From: Shigella phage SSE1
Strand: one strand, 5' to 3'
Sequence record: MK639187
Length of the DNA: 64,000 bases
The stretch's first letter is position 1; every line of letters begins with the position of its first letter. Shown piece by piece: positions 46,790 through 56,726 of the stretch. Both the position numbers and the translations under genes were made by a program. The notes under the pieces were generated by a model. The model was not told the origin of the DNA, did no database searches, and saw only the letters and a list, made by a program, of their open reading frames with translations.

Positions 46790-49003
46790 ATGATTATTGA
46801 AACGGCTAAAGAAACGATTATTGGTTCAGGCGGTAAGAGCACAGCATTTACTATTCAAGGCAATAGCAAAGTTTATAAGATTTTGTCTAATGACCTTTAT
46901 ACAAACAAAGAATTGGCTTGTGTACGTGAATTAATCACAAACTGTATCGATGGTCAAATTCTTAATGGTTGCACTGATAAGTTTATTGTTCAGGCTCCAG
47001 GTCGTTTAGACCCACGTTTTGTAGTTCGAGACTTTGGTCCTGGTATGAGTGATTTCACCATTCGAGGTAATGACGAAGAGCCAGGAATCTATAACTCATA
47101 TTTTGCTTCAACTAAAACATCGAGTAACGATTTCATTGGTGGATTCGGTCTCGGCTCTAAAGCTCCACTAGCATATACCGATACGTTTAACCTTACGTCT
47201 TATCACAATGGTGAAGTTCGTGGTTATGTAATCTACCAAGATGACACAGGTCCACAGATTAAGCCGACCTTTGTAGATAAGATGGGTCCTGATGACCGTA
47301 CGGGTGTAGAAGTAGTTGTACCGGTTAACCCGGAAGATTTTGAAAAGTTTGCATCCGAAATTGCATATGTTATGCGTCCTCTAGGTGATATTGCAGAAGT
47401 TCGTGGTGTTAAAGATATTAAATACTTCCCAGAATTTGATGATGTATATTTGGCCAAGGAAGCTCCATGGGGTGAACGTGGTAATATCATGGCTGTTTAT
47501 GGCGGTATTGTATATCCAATCGGAAGTGTTATTAAAGAACAAACATGGATGATGACACGATGCACTACAGCTTATATTAAATTCCCAATGGGTGAACTAG
47601 ATGTTGCTCCGTCTCGCGAAGCATTGTCATTTGATAAACGTACAGTAGCAAATATCCATAAACGCGTTGCAGAAATCGATGCTAAATTGTTCGCTGAAGA
47701 TTCTAAGAAATGGATTGATTGTAAATACCCACGACATGTGTTCCGCGAAATTGATTCTCTTGGCTATACCGCTCGTAAATACATGGAAAAGGCTGGGTCT
47801 AATATTGAATCACTGAAATACTCTAAAGAACAACTAACTTATTCTGAGTTGTACAAACGTTTTAAAATGGGACCTGAGTGGTGTAATCTTGGTGTCGTAT
47901 ACGATATCGTTGAATCCCCTCGTCTTCGTCGTATTCGTGAAAGTGGTAGCTCATCATCAACCATTTCAATTAACAGCCTGATTGGCATTAACATTAAAAA
48001 CGTTGAAATTGTTATTGACGATGTTAAGGGACGCGTTCCATTAATGCGAGCTCTTAATTCAATTGAAATGTCTAAAGACGAGGTTAAATTATCCGGTAAA
48101 GTTCCACGCGGTTTTGGTAAAAGCGTACTATTCGTTGACCCTACAGACGAAGACGCAATGAAACTTCTGGAACGCCTTAAAGTTATCTTTGATGGCGACA
48201 ACATTAACATGTACAAGACTTCAGAGCTTTTACAAATCGTTAAGCCATGGATTGAAGTCAGGAAACGGACTAATGAGCCTCGTCCTAAATCCCCGAGTGC
48301 TCATCGATTCTTTAAGAATGAAAACGATGTTTGGGTATCAGAAGACCTCTTTATTCCGGCAAGTGAAGCAGATGAAATCCAAGGTTATGCTATAGTTCGT
48401 AATCGTTCTAATGCTGAATGTCTTGACGCAGATAAAGGTTGGTTGAACTATGACTCCAATTTCTTGACCCGTATTGCTGATTTGTCAGGTATTAAAGAGT
48501 TCACTGTAGTTCGTCCACAGATTGCTAAGAAAGTTCGTAAACTTGGTGAAGTAGAATGCTTGTTCGAAAAATCAATTAACGACTATATTACGCTAATTGA
48601 TAAAGTGGATTATGATGAGTATGTATCACCAAGTCGTAGAGCACAGCCTTATTTGAATCATATTACTCGTAATGAAGAGCTTAACTTCCTTAGTAAGTAT
48701 TTTAGCTCTAAAAACAAAGAAATCAGTAAAGATTTTGCAAAACTCTCAACAGTAAATAATCGTTGGGGATGGAATCGATTCGCAGGTGCTACTAATACAG
48801 ACCTGAATAAGAAGTTAGAATTGTGTGCTAAAATTTTCGATAAGCTTAAAGATAATGCTTACGATAATGATGATAAAATGGTTATTGAATTCGAAACCAA
48901 TTATCATATTGTGTCAGAATACATGGGACGACGTGGTACTCTTTCCAAAGAACAGGTCGCTCAAATCGTTAAATTCATGAAGGCCGTGGAAGCGGCCAAA
49001 TAA
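46790..49003 (+). CDS. rIIA: rIIA protector from prophage-induced early lysis
   Basis: 737 aa; ELITNCIDG GHKL-like N-terminus; adjacent to rIIB. Confidence 0.8.
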   Translation: MIIETAKETIIGSGGKSTAFTIQGNSKVYKILSNDLYTNKELACVRELITNCIDGQILNGCTDKFIVQAPGRLDPRFVVRDFGPGMSDFTIRGNDEEPGIYNSYFASTKTSSNDFIGGFGLGSKAPLAYTDTFNLTSYHNGEVRGYVIYQDDTGPQIKPTFVDKMGPDDRTGVEVVVPVNPEDFEKFASEIAYVMRPLGDIAEVRGVKDIKYFPEFDDVYLAKEAPWGERGNIMAVYGGIVYPIGSVIKEQTWMMTRCTTAYIKFPMGELDVAPSREALSFDKRTVANIHKRVAEIDAKLFAEDSKKWIDCKYPRHVFREIDSLGYTARKYMEKAGSNIESLKYSKEQLTYSELYKRFKMGPEWCNLGVVYDIVESPRLRRIRESGSSSSTISINSLIGINIKNVEIVIDDVKGRVPLMRALNSIEMSKDEVKLSGKVPRGFGKSVLFVDPTDEDAMKLLERLKVIFDGDNINMYKTSELLQIVKPWIEVRKRTNEPRPKSPSAHRFFKNENDVWVSEDLFIPASEADEIQGYAIVRNRSNAECLDADKGWLNYDSNFLTRIADLSGIKEFTVVRPQIAKKVRKLGEVECLFEKSINDYITLIDKVDYDEYVSPSRRAQPYLNHITRNEELNFLSKYFSSKNKEISKDFAKLSTVNNRWGWNRFAGATNTDLNKKLELCAKIFDKLKDNAYDNDDKMVIEFETNYHIVSEYMGRRGTLSKEQVAQIVKFMKAVEAAK

Positions 49004-49012
49004 GGAAACATT

Positions 49013-49960
49013 ATGTACAATATTAAATGCTTGTCCCAAGAAGAACAGTTAGAAGCTTACGGCCTGGTTGAATCAGGCAAATGGACTCGTAAAGAAATTG
49101 CCGATTACTTCGACATTTCAACAGATACTCTTCGTAAGATTGTTAAGAATTTTAAAGCAGAAGGCGTTGTCCCTGAAGCAAACGATGCCTCTTATGTAAT
49201 CGAAGAAGTTCCAGAAAATGATGAACCTATTATCGGCGGACATCGTCCTGAAATCGTATGGAACGCGTCATCTAAATTTATTTCAATTATTGAAGGACGC
49301 GTAGCATACAATGCGACTCCATCAAGTCATGCAAATTTTGAAGAAATTAAAGCTAATCTGGTCGCAGGAAACCTTAGTAAAGCTGTCGAACTTATTAACA
49401 TCAAGAAAGCTATTAGTAAGTTTGTTGACGGTAATGTTGTTATTGAAGGTGGTAGTTTATTTTATCAAGGTATAGAGATTCGTTCTGGCCTGGTTAATCG
49501 TATTATTGATTCTATGGAAAAAGGCGAAGACTTTAAATTCTATCTACCGTTCCTTGAAAACCTGTTAGAAAACCCAAGCGAAAAAGCTGTACAACGTTTA
49601 TTCGACTTCTTGGTTGCAAATGATATTGAAATCACTGAAGATGGGCATTTCTACGCGTGGAAAGTAGTTCGTAAAGATTATTTAGATTGCTATAGCGGTA
49701 CATTTGATAACTCACCAGGTAAAGTTGTTTCAATGCCTCGTACTCGTGTTAACGATGATGATACACAAACCTGCTCCCGTGGTCTACATGTTTGCGCTAA
49801 ATCGTATATTCGTTACTTTGGTTCTAGCTCAGATAAAGTTGTTAAGGTTAAAGTTCATCCACGTGATGTTGTATCTATCCCAGTTGACTATGGCGATGCT
49901 AAGATGCGTACTTGTCGTTATGAAGTAATTTCAGACGTTACTGAATTATTTGCAGAATAA
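49013..49960 (+). CDS. rIIB: rIIB protein
   Basis: 315 aa from MYNIKCL, recognised as T4 rIIB-like. Confidence 0.9.
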   Translation: MYNIKCLSQEEQLEAYGLVESGKWTRKEIADYFDISTDTLRKIVKNFKAEGVVPEANDASYVIEEVPENDEPIIGGHRPEIVWNASSKFISIIEGRVAYNATPSSHANFEEIKANLVAGNLSKAVELINIKKAISKFVDGNVVIEGGSLFYQGIEIRSGLVNRIIDSMEKGEDFKFYLPFLENLLENPSEKAVQRLFDFLVANDIEITEDGHFYAWKVVRKDYLDCYSGTFDNSPGKVVSMPRTRVNDDDTQTCSRGLHVCAKSYIRYFGSSSDKVVKVKVHPRDVVSIPVDYGDAKMRTCRYEVISDVTELFAE

Positions 49961-49965
49961 TAATT

Positions 49966-49988
49966 GGGGACTTCGGTCCCCTTTTTTC
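49966..49988 (+). terminator. Intrinsic terminator after rIIB (GGGGAC-TTCG-GTCCCC, T6)
   Basis: Seen in sequence. Confidence 0.75.
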
Positions 49989-50001
49989 TTTAGGGGTAAT
50001 T

Positions 50002-50289
50002 ATGATTCATCCATTTGACGTATCAGAATCCAAAATTGCTAATCTTCGTGGTCATCATAAGTGTAAATCAGTTTATTGTGCTAAATTGGTAAAACATCCT
50101 GGCGATGCACACTATGGTTGGTTAGAATGCGACGAAGTTGTTATTGAAATCCCACCGGTAGATGCAGAATATCTTGAAGAAGGTGACCGCATTTATTTTG
50201 GCGAACTACACATCAGAGGTATCTATGGTAAAGACGAACTTGGGACTGTTGAGACTGAAGAATCTTCCGACATTTATCCTGTCGAATGA
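50002..50289 (+). CDS. Hypothetical protein
   Basis: 95-aa ORF after terminator 49966-49988. Confidence 0.5.
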   Translation: MIHPFDVSESKIANLRGHHKCKSVYCAKLVKHPGDAHYGWLECDEVVIEIPPVDAEYLEEGDRIYFGELHIRGIYGKDELGTVETEESSDIYPVE

Positions 50290-50305
50290 GTTTTTGACTA
50301 GTGAA

Positions 50306-50782
50306 ATGAAGGTGAAGATTGCTGACACTGCTCGGTATTCCCTGAGCCAAAATCCTGACCAAAACAAAGAAGACGTTGTTCGACGTTGTAAGGTTGCAGT
50401 CTTTGCAGAGTATGTAGTAGCAAATTGGCTAGACGGATATGTTAATAAAGGTAATGAAGACGTAGAAGACCCGTACACGTATGCATGGGACGTTTTAGCT
50501 CATCCTAAATACTGCGGGTTACGTGTCGAAGTCAAGACGCACCAGATCGATTCTAAATGGATTTCGGTTACCACAGGATACAGTGGTGATTATCCAGGTG
50601 GCAACGGAATCAACATAGGGCCCTTCTTGAATCATCGAGTCGCAGATTGCATTATTATATTAGATGTCAAAGAAACCTCACCTGACGTCTTCTCTTATTC
50701 TATAAAGTTCGTGGGAGACCATGAGGACCTAAAGAAAATCGTCCGCAAGAGCAACTACAACGGGTGGTATCTTCATCTTTAA
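50306..50782 (+). CDS. Putative PD-(D/E)xK-like nuclease; DenB candidate by synteny
   Basis: Internal ATG 50306; D...EVK motif; next to rIIB as denB is in T4. Confidence 0.4.
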   Translation: MKVKIADTARYSLSQNPDQNKEDVVRRCKVAVFAEYVVANWLDGYVNKGNEDVEDPYTYAWDVLAHPKYCGLRVEVKTHQIDSKWISVTTGYSGDYPGGNGINIGPFLNHRVADCIIILDVKETSPDVFSYSIKFVGDHEDLKKIVRKSNYNGWYLHL

Positions 50783-50794
50783 TTTCATAAAAGT

Positions 50795-50830
50795 GTTTAC
50801 AACTAAGTAGGACTATGATATAGTAGTCCT
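50795..50830 (+). promoter_or_regulatory. Early promoter with AGGACT/AGTCCT stem (PeSL-like)
   Basis: GTTTAC-17-ATATAG. Confidence 0.5.
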
Positions 50831-50850
50831 ATCTAAAAGAGGATAACATT

Positions 50851-51114
50851 ATGAAATTTAAATTTTTCTACGCAAAACATAAAGTAACAGGCGAATTTGT
50901 TTCAATGTACAACACCGCCGATGACGAAGGGATGATTTATACTCATTTAGGTCTATCTCATTGGGACTCAGACGTGCCTTATATGTCATCTGAAGCCGAA
51001 ATAACTCGTTTAGTTAACGGACATATGAACGACCATTTTAGTGTTATTCTTTCTAAAGACCTTAAAGAGGTTATCAACAAAGGATATATGGAACTCGCGG
51101 AAGTTGAGATATGA
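50851..51114 (+). CDS. Hypothetical protein
   Basis: 87-aa ORF after promoter cassette 50795-50830. Confidence 0.5.
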   Translation: MKFKFFYAKHKVTGEFVSMYNTADDEGMIYTHLGLSHWDSDVPYMSSEAEITRLVNGHMNDHFSVILSKDLKEVINKGYMELAEVEI

Positions 51115-51197
51115 GTTCTAAAATGTGGATCGGAATATGGTTGCTTAGTATCCCTATGATTTGTATAATATCTTCAATTGCATTGAGGTACTTATGA
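51111..51197 (+). CDS. Hydrophobic micro-protein (28 aa)
   Basis: ATGA overlap with previous gene. Confidence 0.3.
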   Translation: MSSKMWIGIWLLSIPMICIISSIALRYL

Positions 51198-51304
51198 AAA
51201 ATGCACTTCTTATTGTACTAAGAACAATTTGTGATACGGGTTTTTACATTGCATGTTCGTTCACTGGAACATGGTTGGCTTTAACATATTTTAATGTAAT
51301 TTAA
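51194..51304 (+). CDS. Hydrophobic micro-protein (36 aa)
   Basis: ATGA overlap with previous micro-ORF. Confidence 0.3.
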   Translation: MKNALLIVLRTICDTGFYIACSFTGTWLALTYFNVI

Positions 51305-51306
51305 TT

Positions 51307-51344
51307 GTTTACATCAAGGTAGGATTATGGTATAGTAGTCCTAC
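51307..51344 (+). promoter_or_regulatory. Early promoter with GTAGGA/TCCTAC stem (PeSL-like)
   Basis: GTTTAC...TATAGT. Confidence 0.5.
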
Positions 51345-51364
51345 TGAAACATGAGGAACACAAA

Positions 51365-51565
51365 ATGGCTAAGCTTTTTAAAGATGTTGAAATTGGTGAA
51401 AAATTTGTCCTGAATAATGGTCAGCAGCTTATTCGTGTAGCTTCTATCGCCGGACAAACTCATAACTGTATCGCCCCAACGTGTTGGACTCGATTCTTTA
51501 TTGAAGATGACACTGAATGTTTAACTGTTGAAGAGCTTTTTGAACGTTCTGATATAGCCGAATAA
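51365..51565 (+). CDS. Hypothetical protein
   Basis: 66-aa ORF after promoter cassette 51307-51344. Confidence 0.5.
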   Translation: MAKLFKDVEIGEKFVLNNGQQLIRVASIAGQTHNCIAPTCWTRFFIEDDTECLTVEELFERSDIAE

Positions 51566-51567
51566 AA

Positions 51568-51604
51568 TTGTACAAACTCTTGAGAGCAGAGTATAATGCT
51601 CTCA
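51568..51604 (+). promoter_or_regulatory. Early promoter cassette upstream of ndd (TTGTAC...TATAAT in TGAGAGC/GCTCTCA stem)
   Basis: 24 nt identical to the 6965-6988 copy. Confidence 0.55.
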
Positions 51605-51641
51605 TGGATTACAAAAACATTAATCAATTGAGGAAATTAGC

Positions 51642-52088
51642 ATGTCCAAATATTTAACTCGTAAAGACCTTCTGGCAGTTGGCGGTGAAGTTGTTGCAGT
51701 AGTTCGTAACGGCGAATACGGTTCTGAAGTTTCTAAAGAGTTTCGTTCTCGTGAAGGTTTTTACTTCTTTGTTAAAGGTTCATCTGATTGGCGACAAGTA
51801 GCAGCACGATTCTTTGTAGGACGTCAACGTTCTAAACAAGGGTTGGATGCAATTCTTTCTCACATTCGTCAAGGCCGTTCGCAACTAGCCCGTACTATGG
51901 GCACTAACAATATTGAATATGATGTAATCTTTGTTGCAGCTAAGAACATGAAACCACTGACCACTGGTTACGGTAAAGGACAATTGGCTCTGGCATTCAC
52001 TCGCAACCATACATCAGAATATCAAACACTCACTGAAATGAACCGTCTTCTGGCAGATAATTTCAAATTCATTCTGCAGAGTTACTAA
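51642..52088 (+). CDS. ndd: Nucleoid disruption protein Ndd
   Basis: 148 aa; [11 protein letters not shown] and [20 protein letters not shown] recognised as Ndd-like. Confidence 0.85.
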   Translation: MSKYLTRKDLLAVGGEVVAVVRNGEYGSEVSKEFRSREGFYFFVKGSSDWRQVAARFFVGRQRSKQGLDAILSHIRQGRSQLARTMGTNNIEYDVIFVAAKNMKPLTTGYGKGQLALAFTRNHTSEYQTLTEMNRLLADNFKFILQSY

Positions 52089-52095
52089 TTTATAT

Positions 52096-52128
52096 AGGCC
52101 TAGCTTAATAGGCCTTTAATTTATTTTT
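52096..52128 (+). terminator. Hairpin plus T-rich tract after ndd
   Basis: AGGCCT...AGGCCT then TTAATTTATTTTT. Confidence 0.4.
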
Positions 52129-52140
52129 GAGGTAATTAAA

Positions 52141-52287
52141 ATGGTAGCATGGATTATTGCATTGCTGTGTTGGTCGTTTTTATTCGTTAACACTTTAGTT
52201 ACAGGCGAAACAACAGTATTTCAACAGGCCGTATCACAAGGTACCTTAGCGGTCTTAGCTCTTCTTAACGTATTAAAAGGCGAGTAA
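52141..52287 (+). CDS. Small membrane protein (48 aa)
   Basis: Hydrophobic ORF read by hand. Confidence 0.35.
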   Translation: MVAWIIALLCWSFLFVNTLVTGETTVFQQAVSQGTLAVLALLNVLKGE

Positions 52288-52427
52288 TGATTAAGAAAAT
52301 CTTAGCAGGAGCCTTCGGGCTCTTGTTGTTGCTTACGGTTCTGTACTATGGTGTGATGTTTGGGCTAATCCAAGTAGTGCTTTTCATTTCAGATGTTATA
52401 ATGGTTATTCGTTCATTAATATGGTGA
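52287..52427 (+). CDS. Small membrane protein (46 aa)
   Basis: Hydrophobic ORF read by hand, TAATG overlap. Confidence 0.35.
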   Translation: MIKKILAGAFGLLLLLTVLYYGVMFGLIQVVLFISDVIMVIRSLIW

Positions 52428-52431
52428 AAAT

Positions 52432-53757
52432 ATGCAATTGAATTCTCGTAATCTAAAAAGTATTATTGATAACGAAGCCTTAGCATATGCGATGTACACC
52501 GTTGAAAACCGTGCAATCCCAAACATGATTGATGGATTTAAGCCGGTTCAACGTTTTGTGGTTCATCGTGCGTTAGATTTGGCTCGTGGTAATAAAGAAA
52601 AATTTCATAAACTTGCGTCAATTGCAGGCGGTGTTGCAGATTTAGGTTATCACCATGGTGAATCTTCTGCACAAGATGCAGGTGCATTGATGGCTAACAC
52701 ATGGAACAACAACTATCCACTGTTAGATGGCCAAGGCAACTTTGGTTCTCGAACAGTCCAAAAAGCTGCAGCATCTCGTTATATTTTTGCTCGTGTAAGT
52801 AAAAATTTCTATAACGTATATAAAGATACTGAATATGCTCCAGCTCATGAAGATAAAGAACACATTCCACCAAAATTCTATCTTCCTATTATTCCGACAG
52901 TTCTTTTGAATGGTGTCTCTGGTATTGCAACCGGTTACGCAACAAATATTCTGCCTCATAGTTTTAAATCAGTCAAAAAGGCTGTATTACAAGCTCTTCA
53001 AGGTAAAAATGTCACTAAGCCAAAAGTTGAATTCCCGGAATTCCGTGGTGAAGTGCATGAAGTTGATGGGCGTTATGAGATTCACGGAACATATAAGTTC
53101 ACATCTCGCACTCAAATGCAGATAACTGAAATCCCATATAAATTCGACCGTGAAACGTATGTGAGTAAGGTTCTTGACCCGTTGGAAGACAAAGGTCTAA
53201 TCTCATGGGAAGATGATTGTGGTGAACACGGCTTTGGGTTTAAGGTGAAGTTCCGTAAAGAGTACTCGCTTCCTGATGATGAAGAGCTACGTCATGAAAA
53301 AATCATGAAAGATTTTAGTCTCATCGAACGTCGTTCACAAAACATCACAGTGATTAATGAAAAGGGTAAATTAGCGGTCTACGATAACGTAGTGGACTTA
53401 ATCAAAGATTTTGTTGAAGTCCGTAAGACTTACGTTCAGAAACGTATTGACAACAAAATCCTTGAATCTGAAAAAGCATTTAAACTTGCTTTTGCTAAGG
53501 CACACTTCATCAAAAAAGTTATTGCCGGTGAAATTGTGATTCAGGGCAAGACTCGTAAAGCTTTGACTGAAGAGCTAGCACAAATCGAAATGTATAAAGA
53601 ACATGTCGATAAACTGGTAGGTCTTAACATCTTCCATATCACTTCCGACGAAGCACGTAAACTAGCAGAAGAAGCTAAAGCTAAGAAAGAAGAAAATGAG
53701 TATTGGAAGTCTACTGATGTTGTGACAGAGTACACTAAAGACTTGGAGGCACTTTGA
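52432..53757 (+). CDS. 52: DNA topoisomerase II medium subunit gp52 (GyrA-like)
   Basis: 441 aa; AMYTVENRAIPNMIDGFKPVQR motif. Confidence 0.9.
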   Translation: MQLNSRNLKSIIDNEALAYAMYTVENRAIPNMIDGFKPVQRFVVHRALDLARGNKEKFHKLASIAGGVADLGYHHGESSAQDAGALMANTWNNNYPLLDGQGNFGSRTVQKAAASRYIFARVSKNFYNVYKDTEYAPAHEDKEHIPPKFYLPIIPTVLLNGVSGIATGYATNILPHSFKSVKKAVLQALQGKNVTKPKVEFPEFRGEVHEVDGRYEIHGTYKFTSRTQMQITEIPYKFDRETYVSKVLDPLEDKGLISWEDDCGEHGFGFKVKFRKEYSLPDDEELRHEKIMKDFSLIERRSQNITVINEKGKLAVYDNVVDLIKDFVEVRKTYVQKRIDNKILESEKAFKLAFAKAHFIKKVIAGEIVIQGKTRKALTEELAQIEMYKEHVDKLVGLNIFHITSDEARKLAEEAKAKKEENEYWKSTDVVTEYTKDLEAL

Positions 53758-53833
53758 GTGCCATAGCCTTAGGATTTCTCGGTGCAATAGCTGCACTAGT
53801 GATTTGGCTGTATTGGTTGGACAAACACGATTA

Positions 53834-53856
53834 GGGAGCTTCGGCTCCCTTTTGTG
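53834..53856 (+). terminator. Intrinsic terminator after gp52 (GGGAGC-TTCG-GCTCCC, T-run)
   Basis: Seen in sequence. Confidence 0.7.
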
Positions 53857-53876
53857 CATTTTTTTCTCACAAAACA

Positions 53877-53905
53877 GTTTACATGTGCTTCAAACATGGT
53901 ATTAT
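53877..53905 (+). promoter_or_regulatory. Early promoter upstream of motA (GTTTAC-17-TATTAT)
   Basis: Seen in sequence. Confidence 0.55.
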
Positions 53906-53944
53906 AGACCTATCAAAACAAAACAACCAAATTGGAGAAATAAA

Positions 53945-54577
53945 ATGTCTAAAGTTACTTACATCATCAAAGCTTCTGAAAACGCTCTGAATGAAAAAAC
54001 TGCCGCGATAATGGTTTATATCATTAAGAACAACTTCACCACTGCTGCCAATGTCCGTGAAGCTCTGGAAGCAGAATACAATGCATCAGTTGTTAACTCT
54101 AACATTGGTGTATTGATTAAGAAAGGTTTAGTCGAAAAATCCGGTGATGGACTTATAGCAACAGGCGAAGCAATGGATATTATCCAAAAAGCTGCAGACC
54201 TCTTTGCCCAAGAAAATGCTCCAGAACTTCTTCAGAAACGTAACACTAGAAAAGCACGTGGAGTTACTCCTGAAATGCATGAATTAGCAAACTTTGTTTT
54301 TGAAAATATTAAAGATAAAGTTGAAGTTAAAGAAATTGGTGAAAACCGTAGTAACTTAGAAGTTCGATTCGCTAAACGAGTTCTAGGCATTCGCCAAATT
54401 GAAATTCGACGAGATGGCGCTCTTAGAATCTTTGCATATAACATGTCAGAAACTGAATCAAAGCTGTTTACTTCTCTTGAAAATGATGTTAAGATTAAGA
54501 TAGGTGGTAAATATACTTACATTGACTTCCCTAACGTGTCCAAAGAAATCATTACTCTTGTAACTAACGTACTGTGA
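53945..54577 (+). CDS. motA: Middle-transcription activator MotA
   Basis: Internal ATG 53945; 210 aa recognised as T4 MotA-like. Confidence 0.9.
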   Translation: MSKVTYIIKASENALNEKTAAIMVYIIKNNFTTAANVREALEAEYNASVVNSNIGVLIKKGLVEKSGDGLIATGEAMDIIQKAADLFAQENAPELLQKRNTRKARGVTPEMHELANFVFENIKDKVEVKEIGENRSNLEVRFAKRVLGIRQIEIRRDGALRIFAYNMSETESKLFTSLENDVKIKIGGKYTYIDFPNVSKEIITLVTNVL

Positions 54578-54587
54578 GGAATACATA

Positions 54588-54932
54588 ATGAATAAGCTGA
54601 ATATTATTAACGAACTTCGTAAATGCGCAGAACCTACTCAGGAAGGATGGGATATTTGGTACCACGGGGCTTATTTAGGGACAATTGTAAAGGTTAAAGC
54701 TGGGTTATATTTAATTATTCGCGAAAATTCCGAATTCCCTAATGGAGTAGCTCCTGGTGGTCTTCGTAAAAACTACATGGCAGCGATCAGTTCATTTGTT
54801 GATGCGGCTTACGAAATCTATAAAGAAGATTATAAAGAATATCAGCAGTCACAACCGGTTATTCGTTCGATTGGTGTAAATAAACAAGCACAAAAATCTA
54901 TTTGGCAACGTATTAAGGAATGGTTTAAATGA
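54588..54932 (+). CDS. Hypothetical protein
   Basis: 114-aa ORF. Confidence 0.5.
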   Translation: MNKLNIINELRKCAEPTQEGWDIWYHGAYLGTIVKVKAGLYLIIRENSEFPNGVAPGGLRKNYMAAISSFVDAAYEIYKEDYKEYQQSQPVIRSIGVNKQAQKSIWQRIKEWFK

Positions 54933-55390
54933 AATCATTTAAAGAACGTTTAGAGCTATTAGATTTGGCCTTGTCTCGTGAGACTCCTGAAAGTCTAGCA
55001 GAAAAATTCCAGTCCTACGGTTATAATTATTCTGCTGATGATATAATGAATGAAGTTCCTGAAATCTGTTGGCAAACGTGTTATTGGAATAATGACCAAA
55101 AAGTTCAACGTGTTATAGTATGTGCAGCTAATAGGTTTAAATTGAAGAGCGGTGGAACTCTGGTTATTCCTGGAGTTCGTCATTACTCTAAAGATATGGC
55201 TGAAGTACTTGATATAGTTGGTCATCAATTAGTCTCGCAACAAGTTTGTGGTGACGACCAAGGCTTTATCGACCAATACTCTAATTACTGGACTCGTGAA
55301 GAAGCAATGATTATTGCAACATACGCTGGACAGGTACGTATTGAACGTGGCGGAAGCGAGAAAGAACTTTATTCAGAGGACCTTTATTAA
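54929..55390 (+). CDS. Hypothetical protein
   Basis: 153-aa ORF. Confidence 0.5.
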   Translation: MKSFKERLELLDLALSRETPESLAEKFQSYGYNYSADDIMNEVPEICWQTCYWNNDQKVQRVIVCAANRFKLKSGGTLVIPGVRHYSKDMAEVLDIVGHQLVSQQVCGDDQGFIDQYSNYWTREEAMIIATYAGQVRIERGGSEKELYSEDLY

Positions 55391-55671
55391 TGAATATTAA
55401 ACAACTCCAGAAAGATGCTATTGAAACACGTATCCAAGATATCAAACGTCTTAATCATATGATGGAAGAAAACTATGGTATGTACGCTAATCAGCCTGGT
55501 TGGGATGCTTTAGATCATCCTTATTTGGTTAATTTATGTAAAGGTGATACGTTAGCAATTATTCGTGATGGGTTAAAACCTTTCTTGCGTGACATGTATA
55601 TTAAAATTAACGAAGAAATTATTAGCTCGTTGCAATATCAATTAAGGAAATTAGATGATGAGAATAATTGA
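55390..55671 (+). CDS. Hypothetical protein
   Basis: 93-aa ORF. Confidence 0.5.
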   Translation: MNIKQLQKDAIETRIQDIKRLNHMMEENYGMYANQPGWDALDHPYLVNLCKGDTLAIIRDGLKPFLRDMYIKINEEIISSLQYQLRKLDDENN

Positions 55672-55882
55672 TTCTAAAGCAGATTATTTTAATTCTGTTA
55701 ATGATAAGAATAAAGCTTTAATTCGCCACTTTATTACTGAGATGGGTTATACTAACTCTAAAGATTTGAAAGAGCACATTATCGAATGTTCTGTGGCTAA
55801 AAAGTTTTCTTTTACCGATAAATGCTTAAATGAGGTTATAAATCATTATGAACAATCTTGTAGCAAAACACGATTTCAATAA
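55655..55882 (+). CDS. Hypothetical protein
   Basis: 75-aa ORF. Confidence 0.45.
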   Translation: MMRIIDSKADYFNSVNDKNKALIRHFITEMGYTNSKDLKEHIIECSVAKKFSFTDKCLNEVINHYEQSCSKTRFQ

Positions 55883-55956
55883 GGCTTCTGTCCATAAGGA
55901 CAAGAAGAAATCAGAACTTCAATCTAAACGCAAACAAAAACATAAGGGTAAAGACT

Positions 55957-56256
55957 ATGTTTACTAAAATCAAAGAAAATCCTGCCACTGAACTTGTTAT
56001 TCGTTGTGAAGAACTTGCAGAGCTTTATCAGGTTAACAGAGAAGTGTGTCGTAGTGTTATCGTAGATATGGAAGATGAAGTCTGTTCTCGTATTCCTTTT
56101 AGTGTCGATTTCAATCACATGAAGCCTGGTGAAATCACTATCGTCTTTGGTTCTGACTATACTGAAGAACGGGCTCTTAATGTCCTAGAGTATGAAATGT
56201 CGTTCTTTGACATACAGGACTACATTGATAGTTATAAGGAACAATATGAGTCATAA
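55957..56256 (+). CDS. Hypothetical acidic protein (arn-region position)
   Basis: 99-aa ORF between motA and asiA. Confidence 0.45.
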   Translation: MFTKIKENPATELVIRCEELAELYQVNREVCRSVIVDMEDEVCSRIPFSVDFNHMKPGEITIVFGSDYTEERALNVLEYEMSFFDIQDYIDSYKEQYES

Positions 56257-56407
56257 TCTTCAGAACGTAGTAGAGGCCGAACGTGAGCGTGAGGCTTTAG
56301 TCTATAATGAACTATTAGTTCAATTCTTGGTCTTACACTCGTATGAACAGGAAGACTACACCAATTACGTTAAAAGCGTAGAAAAAGCCGTTTACAATCA
56401 ACACTGA
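56246..56407 (+). CDS. Hypothetical small protein
   Basis: ATG 56246, 53 aa. Confidence 0.35.
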   Translation: MSHNLQNVVEAEREREALVYNELLVQFLVLHSYEQEDYTNYVKSVEKAVYNQH

Positions 56408-56419
56408 TAATGGTACTAT
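56390..56419 (+). promoter_or_regulatory. Early promoter upstream of asiA (GTTTAC...TACTAT)
   Basis: Seen in sequence. Confidence 0.55.
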
Positions 56420-56453
56420 ACTCCTATCAATTGAGTGGAATGAATAAAACGTT

Positions 56454-56726
56454 ATGAATAAAGACATTGAAATCGTACGTGAAATTATTACTATTGCTTC
56501 TATTTTGATTAAATTCTCTAGGGAAGATATTGTTGAAGACCGAGCAAGTTTCATCGGATTCTTGAATGAGATTGGAATTAAAAAAGATGGTCGGCAGCTA
56601 AATCAGAATTCTTTTAGAAAACTAATTACAAATTTAACTGCCGAAGAAAAGAAAACACTGATTGGTGAATTCAATGAAGGTTTTGAAAATATTTATCGTC
56701 ATTTAGCGATGTATTCTAACAACTAA
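56454..56726 (+). CDS. asiA: Anti-sigma70 factor AsiA
   Basis: 90 aa, recognised as T4 AsiA-like across its length. Confidence 0.9.
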   Translation: MNKDIEIVREIITIASILIKFSREDIVEDRASFIGFLNEIGIKKDGRQLNQNSFRKLITNLTAEEKKTLIGEFNEGFENIYRHLAMYSNN

